Shown here in pieces: positions 17,620-20,994 of a stretch of DNA of 20,994 nt. The notes under the pieces are model-generated. The model saw nothing but the letters and a program-made list of their open reading frames with translations, had not been told where the DNA came from and searched no databases. Positions within the stretch are counted from its first letter, which is position 1. Every line of letters starts with the position of its first letter. The translations under genes were made by a program, and so were the position numbers. The stretch comes from an uncultured Chloroflexia bacterium (lineage in GTDB: Bacteria; Chloroflexota; Anaerolineae; CG2-30-64-16): the NCBI GenBank assembly GCA_963810095.1, contig CAWEMM010000016.1:1-20994 (forward strand), in the 5' to 3' direction.

Positions 17620-20600
17620 CTATGTGCCGGCCGGGGTACGCTCCCGGAACTCGCGCGGTGACACTCCCGTTTCCTGGCGGAAGACCCGGCTGAAGTAGGC
17701 GGGGTCGTCGTAGCCCACGGCCTGTGCGATGGTCGAGACGTCCTGCTGGGTCCCGCGTGAGCAGGCGCCGGGCACAGTTGATGCGGTAACGGCGGAGGTA
17801 GTCCCACAGCGAAATGCCAACCTCCCGGCGGAAGATGTTGCCCAGGTATGCTTCGTTGACCCCGACCTCCGCGGCAATATCGCCCCGCGACAGCGGCCGG
17901 CTGTAGTTCTCGTGCAGGAACTGCACGGCCTGCTTGACGATCCGGCTGGTGTGCGTCCCGGGGCGTTCGTCGTTGCGCAATACGTCTTGCAGCAGCGTTC
18001 CGAGCTCAGCCTCAGAGAGCACCTCCTTGTCCTCGAATACTACGCGGCTGTGGCGTTCGAGCCGCCGGAGGTTTTCGACGGTCAGCGCCCGCCCGCTCAT
18101 GATGATGACCGGCACGGTCCGGAAGCGCGGGTCCGCCCGCAAGCGGTCGAGGAAGTCGAACCCGTCCATCTCCGGCATCGCCAGGTCCAGAAGTACCAGC
18201 CCGGGCGCGCGTTCCAGTACGAGCGCCCATGCGGCTGCGCCGTCGCCTGCCTCGACCACCTCGTGCCCCGGCAGCGCCCTCTCCACCGCCGCCCGGTGCA
18301 GCGCCCTTGCCTGGTGATCGTCGTCAACCACGTAGATAGGCGCCGATGGCGCGTCCGCGGTAAGCGCCCGCAGCGCTTCGACCAGGGTGGCAGGTGCAGC
18401 CGGCTTCATGACGAATCCCGTATCACCCACCCGTTGCCCGGCCTCGGCCGGTCCCGGCGCATCCACCTGCCCGGCGCTGTCCGCATACGCGATGAACGGC
18501 AGCTGCGACGCCAGGGGGTGACACGACAGACGTTGGATGAGCGCCCACCCCGCGGGGCTGGCATCGCCCGCGTCCCACCCGATCGCTGCTGGCCGGTGCT
18601 CGGCCAGGAATGAGCTCACGTTGTCTCCCGGCCTGAGACGGCGCACCTGGAGACCCTGGGCGAGGGCCAGCGCCTGAAGACGCGGCGACGGCACGGCCTG
18701 CGACGAGAGCCACGCCAGCACCGGGCCGCCCTCGACGTCGAAATGCCCCAGCCGCTCCCCTACGAGCGACGGCAGCGGCAGGTAGATATGGAAGATGCTC
18801 CCGTGCCCCACCTGGCTCTCCAGCCGCATGTTGCCGCCGTGCAACGTAACCAACTGCCGGGTGATCGACAGCCCCAACCCGATGCCTTCCCCCCGGGCTC
18901 GCTGCCCCGATGTGACGAACGGCTGGAAGACCTCGTCCTGCATGTCGTCCGAAATGCCGGTTCCGGTGTCGGCCACCCATACATGGAGGTGCGGCGGCGC
19001 GACCTCCGCGCCCAGGCTGATGTGCCCGCGCTCGGTGAACTTGCCGGCGTTACTCAACAGGTTGAGCAAGACCTGGCGCAGCCGGAGCGGGTCCGCCCGC
19101 AATAGGGGCAGGCTCTCGGGTAGCTCGAGCCGCCACTCCAGGTCGTCCCGGCCCTTGCCCTCCGAGAACGCGGAGAAGACCTCGGTCATGAACTGGCGCA
19201 CGTCCATGACTTCCGGATACAACTCCAGTTCGCCCACCTCGGCCCGGGAAAGGTCGAGCAGGTCGCCGATGATGCGCCGGAGATGCTCGGCGTGGCGCTG
19301 GATGTGAACCAGGTCCGCCCGGCCCGCGTGTGTCAGCGCAGGCGCGTTCTCGGGCTGCAGCAGCGTCTGCACGTGCCCCAGGATCACGCTCAGCGGGGTT
19401 CGCAGCTCGTGGCTGACGTTCGCCAGCAGCCGGCTCTTCAGCAGGTCGGCCTTCTCGGCCGCTGCCCGCGCCTCGAGAGCGGTCGTGTACAAGTGCGAGT
19501 TCTCGACCGCGACGCCGATCTGGTCGGCCAACAACTGCAGGCCGATGAGGTCCTGGTGTGTGCGCAGCATCAACTGGTTGCTGTGCAGGTCGAGCACGCC
19601 CCACAGCTTCCCTGACACCCGGATCGGGAGCGCCACCCGGGTCCGGGTGTCAGGCGACTCGGGATCGGGCGCAAAACGGGTGCTGCGCTGGGTGTCAGGG
19701 ATGAAAACCGGTTCACCGTCGAACACGGCCCGGCCGAGCGCGCCCAGCGGGTCGAGCGAGAAGGGGCGTTCCGGCGCGCTTCCTGCCAACCCCTCGAGCA
19801 CCAGCACGCCGGGCTCCTCGAGCCAGCGGAAGATACGAATCCGGTCGTAGCCGTAGTTCGTCCGGATGGCGTCGAGGATCTCGGACGACAAGCGTTCCGC
19901 GTCCAGCGTTCCGCCCACTTTCCGGCCCATCGCAAGGCTGGTTTCCAGTTGCTTGACCCGCTCGGCCTGCTCGCGGCGTCGCTGGCCCACCAGGCGGTCA
20001 GGCAGGCTGGAGATTTCGGTCAGCTTTTGCGCGGCGACCTCGGCCAGGTTCTCCGCCGTCACCAACCCGAACTGGTACCGGAAGTGCGCCGGCAGCGGCG
20101 TGCCCGTGGCGGCCTGGATCGCCAGCTTCAGCCCGATCCGGCCGAGCCGGTCCGTGCGGATGTCTACGGTCGCGCCCATGCTGTGCTGGCTCATCGCGGT
20201 CAGGCCGGCCGGCGTGCCCCCGATGCCGACGACGATGGTGTCCGCGGCGAGGCAGTTGAGGCGCCGGCCCGCGTCCCGGGCGGCCAGGGCCACCGCGTCC
20301 GACATGCCGATGACCGCCTCGAAAGGCCGGCAAATCGCCGGCAGCCTCGCTTCGACCGCTGCAACTGCGGCGTCGTAGTTCCAACGGGTCGGGATGTGAT
20401 CCACCTGGAGGCCGGGGCACGCGGCGGCGAAATCGCGGACTCCGGCCAGCCGGTGTGCCCCGTTGTCCTGCCACCCGCTCACGCCGAGTCCGCCAACGGC
20501 CACGATATGCTTCGGGCCGTCAAGTTTCTGATAGAGGTAACTCATTGCCAGCCGCGCCATGTCGTACATGCCCTCGCCCGAGCAGAGCAAGGGGTGGCGC

Positions 20601-20887
20601 GCGTCGGTCTCGCCCAGCAGAATCAGCGGGATGCCGCGTTCGGGGATCTGGAGCAGCAGGTTCTCGGGGAGCGCCCAGACGATGAGCGCCTGGAGGTCGC
20701 TGGCGACGAGTTCTTCGAGGATAGCCTCCTGCTCCACAGGGCCAGGAATCTCCCCGTACGCCGGCACATAGACGGGAAACAGCTCGACGTGCAGCCGCTC
20801 GGCGTATTCCGATATCGCCTCACTGACCTGGACCCAAAAAGGATCGTGCGGCAGGATCGCCGATCCGATACGCAGGGTTGGCCTCAT
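17620..20887 (-). CDS. Soluble hybrid sensor/regulator: PBP/LacI-type sugar-binding, GAF, HisKA, HATPase, degenerate REC, REC, AraC HTH; frameshift near 17755
   Basis: HDPFWVQV and IGMSDAVALAA (PBP); VALPIRVSGKLWGVLDLHS (GAF); SHELRTPL; NLLSNAGKFT / DTGTGI / GIGLGL; VVDDD and LDLAMPEMDG; IAQAVGYDDPAYFSRVFRQETGVSP in the 17620..17877 frame. Confidence 0.9.
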
Positions 20888-20994
20888 CTCAGACTCCGGC
20901 GGCAATGCTCGTGTGCGGTTCAAGGGGAAGTCGACGCGTGGCAGCCGGGGCAGGTCCGCCCTTCGCACCCGCTGCGGCAGATAAGGCGAGGTTA

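Noticed and set aside
17270-17750. Apparent fusion of the hybrid kinase to a lipoprotein signal peptide (1232-aa ORF)
   Set aside because: Caused by a frameshift near 17755. The true AraC end stops at 17620 and the lipoprotein has its own RBS and ATG at 17467.

Overview
High-GC bacterial window. Chloroflexota/Anaerolineae-like origin is an inference from the lipoprotein linker and regulator architecture. Many single-base frameshifts look like long-read errors, so most genes were rebuilt from several frames. Left part (+ strand): an IS481-family element (left end cut by the window), then an apparent operon of a stand-alone DnaB-like ATPase domain, a NERD-like/Ig-like/multi-TM protein, TadE and Cys-rich TadG pseudopilins and an A24 prepilin peptidase, followed by a ~0.9 kb composite palindromic repeat array and a DUF192 gene. 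Right part (- strand): a soluble hybrid sensor kinase/AraC regulator, an AraF/G/H-like sugar ABC transporter, an aldose-epimerase-like protein, three UroD/MtaA-family proteins and a B12-binding corrinoid protein. The two best candidates for undescribed systems are a corrinoid-dependent demethylation pathway for a methylated sugar, and a Tad pilus locus coupled to a DnaB-like ATPase and a NERD-like membrane protein.
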